Shown: positions 1-9,335, numbered from the stretch's first letter. The stretch: DNA of 13,155 nt from Fusobacteriota bacterium (GCA_051746725.1 JBNJFI010000060.1:1-13155), one strand, 5' to 3'. Notes: generated by a model not told the origin, from the sequence alone. Numbers and translations: made by a program.

Positions 1-2033
1 TCTATCAAACTATTTGCATCAAGAACCATCGCTACTTTTCCATCTCCTAAAATAGCAGCTCCCAATATTGACATTCCATCATGATAATTTCCTTCAATAT
101 CTTTTACAACAATGTGTTTTTGATTTACAAATTTTGAAACTCTAAATCCATACATTCTTTTATTTTGTTTAAGTATAATTAGATTTTCATATATTGCCTT
201 ATCATTTTCTTTTTTTTGTTTTTTATGATAAATATCTCTTAAATCTATAATTGGAACTGCTCTTTCTCTGTAATTAATTATCTTTTGTCCGTTTACTTTT
301 TTGATTTCAGATTTATTAATTTTTTCAATTTTTACTACATCATCTGAGCTAAAGGCAAATAATTCGTTATTTATATCCACTAATACTGATCTTATTATTG
401 CAAGTGTTAATGGTAATTTTATATAAAATGTTGTTCCTTTCCCTTTTATAGATTCGATTTCCACGGACCCTTTTATGCTTTCTATATTTTCTTTTACAAC
501 ATCCATACCTACACCTCGACCAGATACATCTGTAACTTCTTTGGCCGTAGAAAAACCTGGCTTAAATATCAATTCTATCTTTTCTTGATCAGTATAATTA
601 TCCAGTTCTTCAGAAGTAATGATTTCTTCCTTAAGTGCTTTTTTAGATATTATTTCTGGATCTAAACCTTTACCATCATCATGAATTTTAATTACAACAT
701 TGCTACCAGAATTATACGCTTCTATTTTTATTTTTCCAGTTTCAGATTTTCCCTTTTTTACCCTATCTTCTGGTATTTCTATACCATGATCAACAGAATT
801 TCTTATCATATGTAAGAGTGGATCTTCTAATTTTGCAGCTAATAATTTATCTATTTCAGTACTTTCACCAGATATATCTAATTCAATTTTTTTATTAAGT
901 TTTTGCGATAAAGACCTTACTGCTAATGGTAACTTTCCAAAAGTGGATTTTAAAGGAACCATTCTTAAAGAATTAGATATATCTTGAAGAGAGTTTAAGG
1001 ATCTATCCTGGCTTTTATTAGTAATCGCATAATTATCCAAATAATCATTAATCTTCTTACTTATTTCTAAACTTATATTTTCATCTAAAAGTTCTAAGCT
1101 TATTTCTTGCATCTTTTTATGCATCTGATCATATATGTTTTTTTCAATGAATAATTCTCCTACTATACTAAATAATTTATCTAATTTTCCTTTTTCAACT
1201 TTTATATATTCTTTTGCATGAAATTCTTTCTTTTCTTTAATGTTATCATCTGATTCATTTTGATAATTTTCTTCTTTGCCTTGATTTATCGGTAATATTT
1301 CAAAAGATTTAATTGTAAATTTTTTGACAGAATTATATATTTCTTCTTCAGGATGATCTGAAAAAATATTAAAAATTCCAAATTCATTAATATCATTTTC
1401 ATCTATATCATCATTTTTAAAATCTTGCTCGGAGGGTACTGAAGAAATAACCTTGAAACTTTCACTAAGATTTTTATAAATTATAAAAAACCTTGCTTTT
1501 TTCATTGGATCATCTTCATGGAGCTCTATTCTGATCTCATAATTTGCACCTTTTGTATTTTTTAAATTTTTAAATTTTTTTTTGATTTTTTTAGTTTTGT
1601 TTATCTTAGAACCAATTTCTGAAATATCATTGAGTTTTGAAATATAATTATCGAAATTTATGCCTGTTTTAGACTTAATATCCTTTAAAGAAAGCTCTTT
1701 TTTAGTTTCAGCAATTTCCTCACAAATAATTTTCATTATCTGAACACCGTCTAAAACATCATCTGTTATATCCTTAGATATTTCCAGTTTATGATTTCTG
1801 ATTTTTCCAAATATAGTTTCCAAATTATGAGCTATTGTCCCCATTATAGAATATTTCAAAATATTTGCAGCACCTTTTATAGAATGTAAACCTCTAAATA
1901 TATCATTTATTAGCTTATTATTATTAGGACTTTTTTCAAGTTTTAATATATCTATGGAAATAATTTCTAAATTCTCTTGAACATCCTCTAAAAATAATGA
2001 AATAGAGTCATCACTATATATATCAAAATTCAT
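1..2033 (-). CDS. cheA: Chemotaxis histidine kinase CheA (3' end just outside the window)
   Basis: Translated by hand; not in the ORF track. ATG at 2033-2031 with SD GGAGGTG at 2045-2039. N-terminal Hpt domain (MNFDIYSDDSISLFLEDVQENLE...IFRGLHSIKGAA), P2-like region, dimerisation domain (KLDKLFSIVGEL...LRMVPL), kinase motifs HMIRNSVDHGIE and DVSGRGVGMDVV, KLPLTLAII, and a CheW-like tail GAAILGDGKVAMVLDANSLI in the same frame as the start. No stop is reached before base 1. Confidence 0.96.
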   Translation of the reverse strand, partial: MNFDIYSDDSISLFLEDVQENLEIISIDILKLEKSPNNNKLINDIFRGLHSIKGAANILKYSIMGTIAHNLETIFGKIRNHKLEISKDITDDVLDGVQIMKIICEEIAETKKELSLKDIKSKTGINFDNYISKLNDISEIGSKINKTKKIKKKFKNLKNTKGANYEIRIELHEDDPMKKARFFIIYKNLSESFKVISSVPSEQDFKNDDIDENDINEFGIFNIFSDHPEEEIYNSVKKFTIKSFEILPINQGKEENYQNESDDNIKEKKEFHAKEYIKVEKGKLDKLFSIVGELFIEKNIYDQMHKKMQEISLELLDENISLEISKKINDYLDNYAITNKSQDRSLNSLQDISNSLRMVPLKSTFGKLPLAVRSLSQKLNKKIELDISGESTEIDKLLAAKLEDPLLHMIRNSVDHGIEIPEDRVKKGKSETGKIKIEAYNSGSNVVIKIHDDGKGLDPEIISKKALKEEIITSEELDNYTDQEKIELIFKPGFSTAKEVTDVSGRGVGMDVVKENIESIKGSVEIESIKGKGTTFYIKLPLTLAIIRSVLVDINNELFAFSSDDVVKIEKINKSEIKKVNGQKIINYRERAVPIIDLRDIYHKKQKKENDKAIYENLIILKQNKRMYGFRVSKFVNQKHIVVKDIEGNYHDGMSILGAAILGDGKVAMVLDANSLI

Positions 2034-2062
2034 TATATCACCTCCGTATTATAACAGAATTA

Positions 2063-2494
2063 TTATTGAATAATTTTATTTATCTTCAATAATATTAATA
2101 TGGAATCTTCCATTTTTACTATATTTTTTATATATTCTTTTTCAGACTTTGAAAAATTATCCGGTGCTGATTCAATCATATTACTATTTATTTTCTCCAC
2201 TTCTGAAATTCCATCTACTAAAAATCCATAAGTGCTGTCATTTTCTTTTAAAATAATTATTTTCTTTTTTTCGGATTTTTGTTTATTTTTAAGCCTTAAC
2301 CTTTTTCTAAGATTAATAATTGGAATAACTTTTCCACGTAAATTAATAACCCCTAAAATATAATCTAAGTTACTAGGTAATTTTGTAATTACTGGTACAT
2401 TCATTATTTCCTGAACTTTCTGTATATCAAATCCATATATATTCTCACCTAAATTAAAAATAATTAACCGTTGAGTTGTTTCTTCTGATTTCAT
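2063..2494 (-). CDS. cheW: Chemotaxis coupling protein CheW
   Basis: 143 aa with the CheW pattern FNLGENIYGFDIQKVQEI...ILGVINLRGKVIPIINLR...GFLVDGISEV. SD-like GGGGGA at 2506-2501. Ends 29 bp upstream of cheA. Confidence 0.95.
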   Translation of the reverse strand: MKSEETTQRLIIFNLGENIYGFDIQKVQEIMNVPVITKLPSNLDYILGVINLRGKVIPIINLRKRLRLKNKQKSEKKKIIILKENDSTYGFLVDGISEVEKINSNMIESAPDNFSKSEKEYIKNIVKMEDSILILLKINKIIQ

Positions 2495-2719
2495 ATTGAT
2501 TCCCCCATATCATATAGCAATTAAATATTATAGTCTATTTTGCACAATTCTGTATATTATCATAATATAAGTATTTATTTAATTACTTATATTGCAATAT
2601 CAATTGACATTAAATTTTTAATACTATATAACCTCCATACTTTTCCTCTCCTTTCTTCGTTATATTTTAGCTAGTTGCAAAATTCTAATCTCCTGATTTT
2701 AGCTAATATGTAATTTTTA

Positions 2720-4786
2720 TTATTTTCTCTCTTTTATTGTTTTTTCATTAGAATTTTTTTCTTTATTAATAGTGAAATAATCCATTTCTGTTTTCAGTTC
2801 TTTAGCTTGTTTTGCTAAATTTTCAACTACTTCTAACTCCTCAAGTAATAAATTAGTTATTTCTACAGAAATTTCATGGTTATTCAAAGAACTTTCTTCT
2901 ATACTTGTAGATTGGTTAGCAATATCACTTATAGCATTTGTTATTTCACTAGTAGCAGTATCTTGTTCTTCTACGGAATTAACAACTTGATTAACTTGAT
3001 TATCATTATTTTCAATACTTTCTAAAATGCTTTTTATCATTATTCTAACTTCATCATTCAATTTTTCTCCCATTTTGACATTATCAAAGACTTCATCATT
3101 AGAAGATTTTACTAAACTAACTTCTTTTTGAATATTTGTTATAATATCTTCTATTTTTTCTGTTTCACCGCTTGTTTTTTCAGCTAATTTTTTAATTTCA
3201 TCTGCAACTACTGCAAATCCTTTTCCAGCTTCTCCAGCTCTCGCCGCTTCAATTGCTGCATTAAGGGCTAATAAATTTGTCTGCTCTGAAAGACCATTTA
3301 TTGCTACCAAAATATTTCCAATTTCTGTTGATAATTGTGATAAATCATCTATTTTTATATTTGTTTCCTCTACACTACGATTAATATCATTCATCTTATT
3401 ACTCATAGTATTCATATATTCAATACCTTTCTGTCCTCTTTGTAATGATTCTTTCGAAGTATTTTGAACTTCATGAGTACTGTCTTTTATTGATGATAAA
3501 GTAGCTGAAATTTCTTCTAAACCAGCTAGAGTTTCCTCAGAAGCTGCTGTTTGATTTCTTACTCCATCCATTATATCTTCTATATGATTTTTTAACTGGA
3601 TTATTCCTTCATCCAAGCCATTATTTATATTAGCATCTTTACCATTTATTATATTATTCATTACCGCCGCTAATTCTATATTTTTTTGAGTTACATCATT
3701 AACTGTTTTTTTAGCATTACTTATAATTCTATTTAACTTTATCATAAAAGCATTAAATTTATTGGCCATTTCACCAATTTCATCTTGTCTATTTATTTCT
3801 ACTTGAGTAGTCAAATCTCCATTAGACGCAATTTCAAATTTTTCTACAAATTTTAAAATTGGCTTTGTTATCGAATTAGTAACTATTGTTGATAATATTA
3901 ATGCTATTATTAGCACTATTATACTTGTAATCCATACAGCAATTTTGACAACTCTTAATATTTCCAATACTTCACTTTGTGGAGCTGTCACTGCAATGGA
4001 CCAATTCATTCCTTCGATTGAAGAGAAACCAGCATATAACTTTTTACCATCTAAAACATATTCTCCAAAACCTGATTTGTTCGATCTCATTTTTACAGCT
4101 AAATCTTTCATTTCTTCTAAAGTTGGATCTTTCTTATATTCGTCGAATATATTATATTGCTCCATAACCATTTCTTGATTTCTATGAGCAATAATATCTC
4201 CCTTTTCATTTAAAATATATGCATATCCTGTTTCTGCATATGTTATATCATTTGTGATTTGACTTAATTCGTTACCATCCATTCTTGCAATTAAAACTCC
4301 TTCTATATTCCCACCCCTATATATAGGGGTGGCAGCCATTATAACAGGTTTTCCTACTACTCTACTAATAATAATATCTGATAGGTTTGTTTCCCCGTCA
4401 AAGGCCTTTTTGACATAACTTCGGTCTCCTAGAGAAGCTCTAGTTCCGTCAATATAATATGTCTCTCCATCTGGAAAAACTACTGCTAAAGTCAAATATT
4501 TAGTTCTTGATATTTCTTTTTTCAATGTTTCTCGTTGAATACTCCAATTCATATTACGGATATCATCTCTAGAAGCAATTGCTTCTAATTCTACTTTTCT
4601 TTGATTTAGACGCTCCTCAACAATTTTAGACACATCTAAAGCTTTTTGTGGTAAATTTTTTTCTTGAAAATCTTTTATATCTCTTGAAATAAAATAATAT
4701 AACGTAGAACCCATAGTTAAAGCTACCAATAGAATTATTAATGACACAGACAAGTTAAACTTAAATTTTATACTTTTTATATTCAT
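2720..4786 (-). CDS. Methyl-accepting chemotaxis protein (TM - dCache-like sensor - TM - HAMP - signalling domain)
   Basis: Two hydrophobic segments ([39 protein letters not shown]). Cache-like motifs [49 protein letters not shown] motif GDLT...DEIGEMA. Hairpin tip [46 protein letters not shown] just upstream. Confidence 0.96.
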   Translation of the reverse strand: MNIKSIKFKFNLSVSLIILLVALTMGSTLYYFISRDIKDFQEKNLPQKALDVSKIVEERLNQRKVELEAIASRDDIRNMNWSIQRETLKKEISRTKYLTLAVVFPDGETYYIDGTRASLGDRSYVKKAFDGETNLSDIIISRVVGKPVIMAATPIYRGGNIEGVLIARMDGNELSQITNDITYAETGYAYILNEKGDIIAHRNQEMVMEQYNIFDEYKKDPTLEEMKDLAVKMRSNKSGFGEYVLDGKKLYAGFSSIEGMNWSIAVTAPQSEVLEILRVVKIAVWITSIIVLIIALILSTIVTNSITKPILKFVEKFEIASNGDLTTQVEINRQDEIGEMANKFNAFMIKLNRIISNAKKTVNDVTQKNIELAAVMNNIINGKDANINNGLDEGIIQLKNHIEDIMDGVRNQTAASEETLAGLEEISATLSSIKDSTHEVQNTSKESLQRGQKGIEYMNTMSNKMNDINRSVEETNIKIDDLSQLSTEIGNILVAINGLSEQTNLLALNAAIEAARAGEAGKGFAVVADEIKKLAEKTSGETEKIEDIITNIQKEVSLVKSSNDEVFDNVKMGEKLNDEVRIMIKSILESIENNDNQVNQVVNSVEEQDTATSEITNAISDIANQSTSIEESSLNNHEISVEITNLLLEELEVVENLAKQAKELKTEMDYFTINKEKNSNEKTIKERK

Positions 4787-5244
4787 TTTCTTGTTACCTC
4801 CTTAATGTTTGCAGAAATAGATAGTTGTAAAATCCAATCTTTAGATTTATTAAATTTATTAATTAACAATTATAACTTACCTCCATTTTTATATCTTGGC
4901 CACTCTTAAAAAACTCCGTTTCCCCTTATATTATAGGTAGTCACCTTTTTCAAAATAATTCATAATTGCAAATTGGAAGAATCTTCTTCCGCTTAATACA
5001 AATCAATTTAATCCAAGTTCCTTAATAAACTATGCTTTTTATTACAAAGTTCTACAATTACCTAATTTTTAGAAACCATTTATTAATCCAATAAATATTA
5101 CTTGGTAATTTTAGTCCTCATATAAATATACAATTTATTAGTAAATAAATCAAGTTTTATTTTTAAATAATAATTTATTGAGTATTATTTTTTATAGAAC
5201 AATTATCCTAATATTAGAGAGCTTTCTTAGTATCGTTATTTAAA

Positions 5245-5991
5245 TCAATTTATATTTAAATCAATTTTAGTATTTTTTAATTTCATTGTTATTCTTTTAT
5301 CATAATTAAGTCGATCGAATGTTTCTTGCCAGTGCTTTCTAACTAATTCTTCCATCACCCCATTTTCTTCAGAGTTTTTAAATACTTCCTCTATTACATC
5401 TTTATACTCCTTAGAAGAATTACTAAGATAAAATCTAAAATTTCTATCATAAATTAACACTAAATTATCTTCAATTGATAATTTGGATAAATTTTAGATT
5501 CTGACAGTATCTCAGTAATACCTCTAGAAAAATAATCTATTTTTTTTAGGTGCTATAATTTTATATGAATTACGCCATCCTCCATCTTTTTCATAATATT
5601 TTAAATTAATTTCTTCCAATACTTGTGTATATACCATCCTTTTCCAAATCCACCAACTTTTTCTAAATTTCTAAAATCCTCTAAATTTTTTAATAATTTA
5701 TAATCTATCTGAGTTACTTTGGTAATTAACAAAATTCTTCTGCCAATCAGTCGATTAATAATTCCAATTTCTATTGGATTCAAACGGTTATTTCTAGAAT
5801 CTGAATCAACAAACTAATTAACAGATACCTGGCCTTTATCAAACATATGCGCTATTTTTTTGAGGAATATATCCTATATCATTCAATATCAATTCATGTA
5901 ACATTTTTTCCAATAATTTCTTAATTAGTTCATGATGAAATCTGTGGTATTATCATCAAAAGTTACTACATCTAGTTCAAGTTTTTTTCAT
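5245..5991 (-). pseudogene. Degraded gene, probably a periplasmic solute-binding-protein-like protein (~245 codons); includes ORF-track fragments 5601-5783 and 5245-5460
   Basis: SD GAGAGGT (6004-5998) and ATG at 5991. Joining frames gives a continuous protein-like read: MKK/LELDVVTFDDN/YHRFHHELIKKLLEKMLHELILNDIGYIPQK/IAHMFDKGQVSVN*FVDSDSRNNRLNPIEIGIINRLIGRRILLI...FRNLEKVGGFGKGWY/TQVLEEINLKYYEKDGGWRNSYKIIAPKK/IDYFSRGITEILSESKIYP/LSIEDNLVLIYDRNFRFYLS...KHWQETFDRLNYDKRI. About six frameshifts plus an in-frame TAG at 5816-5814. The family call rests on recalled motifs (GLIGxRI, GxGW, DYFSRG, LxLxY), not on a search. Confidence 0.8.
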
Positions 5992-6104
5992 AATAAAACC
6001 TCTCTATTCTCTTTCCTTATTAAAACTATCTATTCAAATTATAATATAAAAATTTTCACAATGCTATATATTTTTTTAATCTAATAGCGATAATTTTATA
6101 TTAT

Positions 6105-7793
6105 TTATATTTTTCGTGTTAAATATTTTTTCATTTCATTGAACAGATCTTCCCGTTTTATTGGCTTCATTATATAGCCATCTATCCCAATTTTTTTTAT
6201 TTCTTTTATTCGGTCTCTAATATCTATAGAAGTAAATAAAATAATATTAGTCTTTTCATGTTTTATTTTCAATAATTTTTTTGCTACTTCTATTCCATCC
6301 ATTTTAGGCATATTAACATCTATTAAAACTAAATCAATCTCGGGGTCTCTTTTATATTTTTCTATTCCATTTCTTCCAGAAGGAGAAGTTATTACTTTTA
6401 TGTTATTTTCATTTAACATTTTTTTAATTATTGACCTGTTTAATTCATTATCATCAATTGCCAATATTTTATGACCATTTAGATTCAAATCCATTTCTAA
6501 AAAAGCTTCATCATTTAAATTATTGTTTGGAATCTCAAGATTAATATATAGTTCTATAGTTGTTCCAGACCCTATATCACTACTTAGAAAAATTTCTCCT
6601 CCCATTAAATTTACAAGTTCTTTACAAAGAGATAACCCTAATCCTGCTCCTTGATACTTTTTTGTATAACTTAAATCTCCTTGTATAAATCTTTCGAAAA
6701 TAACACTTTGTTTTTCTTTTGAAATTCCAATCCCAGTATCTCTAACAATGAATTCTAATTGAATTTTTCTATTAATTCGATCTTTAACATTTATCTCAAA
6801 ATATATATCTCCACATTCTGTAAATTTAATGGCATTATTTATTAAATTTGTAATTATTTGAGATATTTTTCCTTTATCCCCATTTAAAATATAAGGTACT
6901 TTTGGATTTATATAATAAACTAATTCAATATTCTTTTTTTGAGAACTCAAAGCAAAAGAATCTATGATTTCATTTATGACTTTTCTTAAGTTAAATTTGG
7001 TTTTTTCAAGTTCTACTTTGCCAGATGAAATTTTCGAAATATCTAATATATCATTTATTATGATCATCATTCTGTCTGATGATTTTAATACATTTTCTAC
7101 AAATTCTTGTTGTTCTTCATCCAAATCTGTCATTTTTAAAAGCTCAGTCATTCCAATAATTCCATTCATTGGAGTTCTAATTTCATGACTCATGTTTGCT
7201 AAAAACTGACTTTTAGCTTTACTGGCTTTTTCCACTTTCTTTTTTTCTTTCTGAAGATTTTCATTGGTTTCTAAAACTTTTAGTTTTGAATAACCCATAC
7301 TACCTATAATTTCTGCTAGTTCTAAGAAAAAACCCATAATATATTTAATTTTTTCTTCTGAAAATTCAGGTACTTTTTTGAAAGCACTAAGATATTCTTC
7401 TTCATTAAATCCAAATTTTTTTGCCTGTTTTCTAAAATAATCTTCATCAGATTTATCAGTAACGAATTGTCCCGTAAACATATTTCCAACATGCTCTCCA
7501 TTAATCATTATTGGAAAAGCAACATCAATTAATCCATTTTTACATTTATAAATATTATATTTTTTTCCTTTTTTTAGCTTATTTGCTAGGAAAGTATCAC
7601 TTTCATGACATCTTTTGCAAGTTTCCGGATGAACTCTATGGAATTTTGTACAAATATCTTGCCAACCAGTTTTGGTTAAGATCTTTCCATCTAAATCTAG
7701 AATTGCCGTTACTGCTCCTGTGATTTTGCTAAATTTATCTGACAATCTTTGAAAATCATTGACATCAATTAATTCAGAAAATTTATATTTCAT
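6105..7793 (-). CDS. Cytoplasmic hybrid sensor histidine kinase: PocR ligand-binding domain + HisKA + HATPase_c + receiver
   Basis: PocR-type N-terminus with conserved Cys residues ([11 protein letters not shown]...RCHESD...[14 protein letters not shown]...GNMFTGQF). H-box [19 protein letters not shown]-box [11 protein letters not shown]1 DTGIGI, G2 GAGLGLS. Receiver motifs [20 protein letters not shown]. No transmembrane segment. SD AAAGGAGGT upstream. Confidence 0.93.
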   Translation of the reverse strand: MKYKFSELIDVNDFQRLSDKFSKITGAVTAILDLDGKILTKTGWQDICTKFHRVHPETCKRCHESDTFLANKLKKGKKYNIYKCKNGLIDVAFPIMINGEHVGNMFTGQFVTDKSDEDYFRKQAKKFGFNEEEYLSAFKKVPEFSEEKIKYIMGFFLELAEIIGSMGYSKLKVLETNENLQKEKKKVEKASKAKSQFLANMSHEIRTPMNGIIGMTELLKMTDLDEEQQEFVENVLKSSDRMMIIINDILDISKISSGKVELEKTKFNLRKVINEIIDSFALSSQKKNIELVYYINPKVPYILNGDKGKISQIITNLINNAIKFTECGDIYFEINVKDRINRKIQLEFIVRDTGIGISKEKQSVIFERFIQGDLSYTKKYQGAGLGLSLCKELVNLMGGEIFLSSDIGSGTTIELYINLEIPNNNLNDEAFLEMDLNLNGHKILAIDDNELNRSIIKKMLNENNIKVITSPSGRNGIEKYKRDPEIDLVLIDVNMPKMDGIEVAKKLLKIKHEKTNIILFTSIDIRDRIKEIKKIGIDGYIMKPIKREDLFNEMKKYLTRKI

Positions 7794-8247
7794 ATAAACC
7801 TCCTTTCAATTTTGAATTTTTATTCTAATATGGATTCCAGATATTTTGAAGAATTTGTCATTAAACCCATAATTAAAAACTCTTTTGTAATATTAAAGGC
7901 TTTCTTTTTTATATCTATCCGATTCTGAATAATTACCTATAACTTCTAAGGTTATAATATTTTTCGTTAATTCTACTACATAAAAATTTGAAAAAAGGAG
8001 GCAATCCAATTTATGATACAAAATGTCAGAGATACACATGGTTATAAGAGTTTATCTTTCAGTATGGTTAGATTAACATTATATATTTTTTTCTTCTAGT
8101 GCCTTTACAGTTAAATTAAAATAATAACATTTCCAGACTAATAAAATCTATGTCTCAGAAACTTTATTCTGTCAACCCCTAGTATTTTTAAACCATTAGA
8201 GATCGACAGAAATTTTAATAACCAGAAACTTCAAATCTCAAAAAACT

Positions 8248-8275
8248 TAGTACCTGGTACCTAGTACTTACTATC
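8248..8275. repeat. Short degenerate heptamer tandem repeat
   Basis: TAGTACC-TGGTACC-TAGTACT-TACTATC, starting 3 bp past the nitroreductase stop codon. The fourth copy is poor. Confidence 0.55.
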
Positions 8276-8278
8276 TAA

Positions 8279-8782
8279 TCAGTATTTCCCATAGTGCACT
8301 CTATCTTCATCATACCGATCTACAAACTTATTCCCTTCCCCTTTAGGATATCCTATGGGAACAACTGCAAATGGTTTTATATTATCAGGTAAGTCAAACA
8401 TATCCTTTATATAATCCATTCTACTATCTACAGGAGCCACACCTAACCAAACTCCACCTAAATCTTCATCAACAGCCTCTAATAACACATTTTGAGTTGC
8501 AGCTGACATATCTTGTTGCCAATTTTCTGGGTGCTTCATTTTATCTTCATCGGCTAACAATACAATTGCTAAAGCGGCATCTTCAACCATTTTAGCATAA
8601 GGACTAAATGCAGATAATTCTTTTAATTTTTTCTTATCTTTTATAACTAAAAACTCCCACGGTTGTTGATTCCCAGCTGAAGGTGCTTCCATTGCAGCTC
8701 TTAAAATTTTTTCTATCTTTCCCTCTTCCACAGGTTTATCTTGGTACTTTCTAATACTTCTTCTTTTAAATATTACATTCAT
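8279..8782 (-). CDS. Nitroreductase family FMN-dependent oxidoreductase
   Basis: 167 aa with RRSIRKY, APSAGNQQPWEF, NVLLEA..LGGVWLG and IGYP motifs. SD AGGAGGT upstream. Confidence 0.95.
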   Translation of the reverse strand: MNVIFKRRSIRKYQDKPVEEGKIEKILRAAMEAPSAGNQQPWEFLVIKDKKKLKELSAFSPYAKMVEDAALAIVLLADEDKMKHPENWQQDMSAATQNVLLEAVDEDLGGVWLGVAPVDSRMDYIKDMFDLPDNIKPFAVVPIGYPKGEGNKFVDRYDEDRVHYGKY

Positions 8783-8908
8783 TTTAACCTCCTAATTTTA
8801 TGTTATTCTCATTATTTTATTTAATTTCACCTCATATTATTCATAGTTTTTAATTATTTATATCTTTTGAATTTATTCCACTCATGGAAGAAAATTAAAT
8901 TTGCATCT

Positions 8909-9313
8909 TTACTTAACCAAAGGATAATTAGCTCTCTGTATACTAATTATTCCTCCCTTTATATCGTACACTTTTTTGAACCCCATCTCTTCCATCATAT
9001 CCAAAGTCTTTCCAGTTCTATTTCCAGATCTACAATAGATAATATAAGTTTTATTCTTATTTAACTCATCTAACTTTTTTGAAAAGTCATTAGCATAATA
9101 ATCGATATTTATAGCATCCTCTAAGTGTCCACTCTGATATTCCCCAGGTGTTCTAACATCTAATATTACGACATCAGTATTCTCTTTTTTGATATCATCT
9201 ATTTCAGCTACTGGGACAGTTTCATGTACCTTTTGTACCTTGGTTGCTCCACTTTTTTGACTATTACATCCAAAAAAGTTTATTAAAATTATTAGAATTA
9301 ATATTTTCTTCAT
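8909..9313 (-). CDS. Rhodanese-like domain (sulfurtransferase) lipoprotein; start revised from 9349 to 9313
   Basis: Rhodanese motifs ILDVRTPGEYQSGHLEDAINI, active-site loop YCRSGNR, and DIKGGI. ATG at 9313 has SD-like AGAAGGTGGT (9327-9318), gives a lipoprotein-type signal MKKILILIILINFFG|C, and removes the overlap with the LtrA gene. Confidence 0.9.
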   Translation of the reverse strand: MKKILILIILINFFGCNSQKSGATKVQKVHETVPVAEIDDIKKENTDVVILDVRTPGEYQSGHLEDAINIDYYANDFSKKLDELNKNKTYIIYCRSGNRTGKTLDMMEEMGFKKVYDIKGGIISIQRANYPLVK

Positions 9314-9335
9314 ATTTACCACCTTCTCTAATTTT

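Noticed and set aside
2660..2710. Possible c-di-GMP-II riboswitch (minus strand ...GAGATTAGAATTTTGCAACTAG...)
   Set aside because: Only a loose resemblance to the 3' consensus. The GGGCAC/GTGC pseudoknot pairing and the enclosing stems are absent.
3945..4178. Plus-strand ORFs 3945-4178 and 3979-4167
   Set aside because: Antisense shadows inside the MCP gene, with no recognisable motif.
5245..5783. ORFs 5601-5783 and 5245-5460 as two independent small genes
   Set aside because: They have non-ATG starts without an SD and are joined by protein-like sequence in shifted frames, so they are better explained as fragments of one pseudogene.
5245..5991. Programmed frameshifting, phase variation or stop-codon recoding of the broken gene
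   Set aside because: There are too many independent lesions, several outside homopolymers, and neighbouring genes use standard stops. Decay is the simpler explanation.
6964..7723. Plus-strand ORFs 6964-7188 and 7511-7723
   Set aside because: Antisense to the well-supported hybrid kinase; composition is typical of shadow frames.
8145..8175. Sigma-70 promoter for the kinase (minus-strand TTGACA at 8175-8170)
   Set aside because: The nearest -10-like hexamer (TAGATT) is 19 bp away, and the site is about 350 bp from the start codon.
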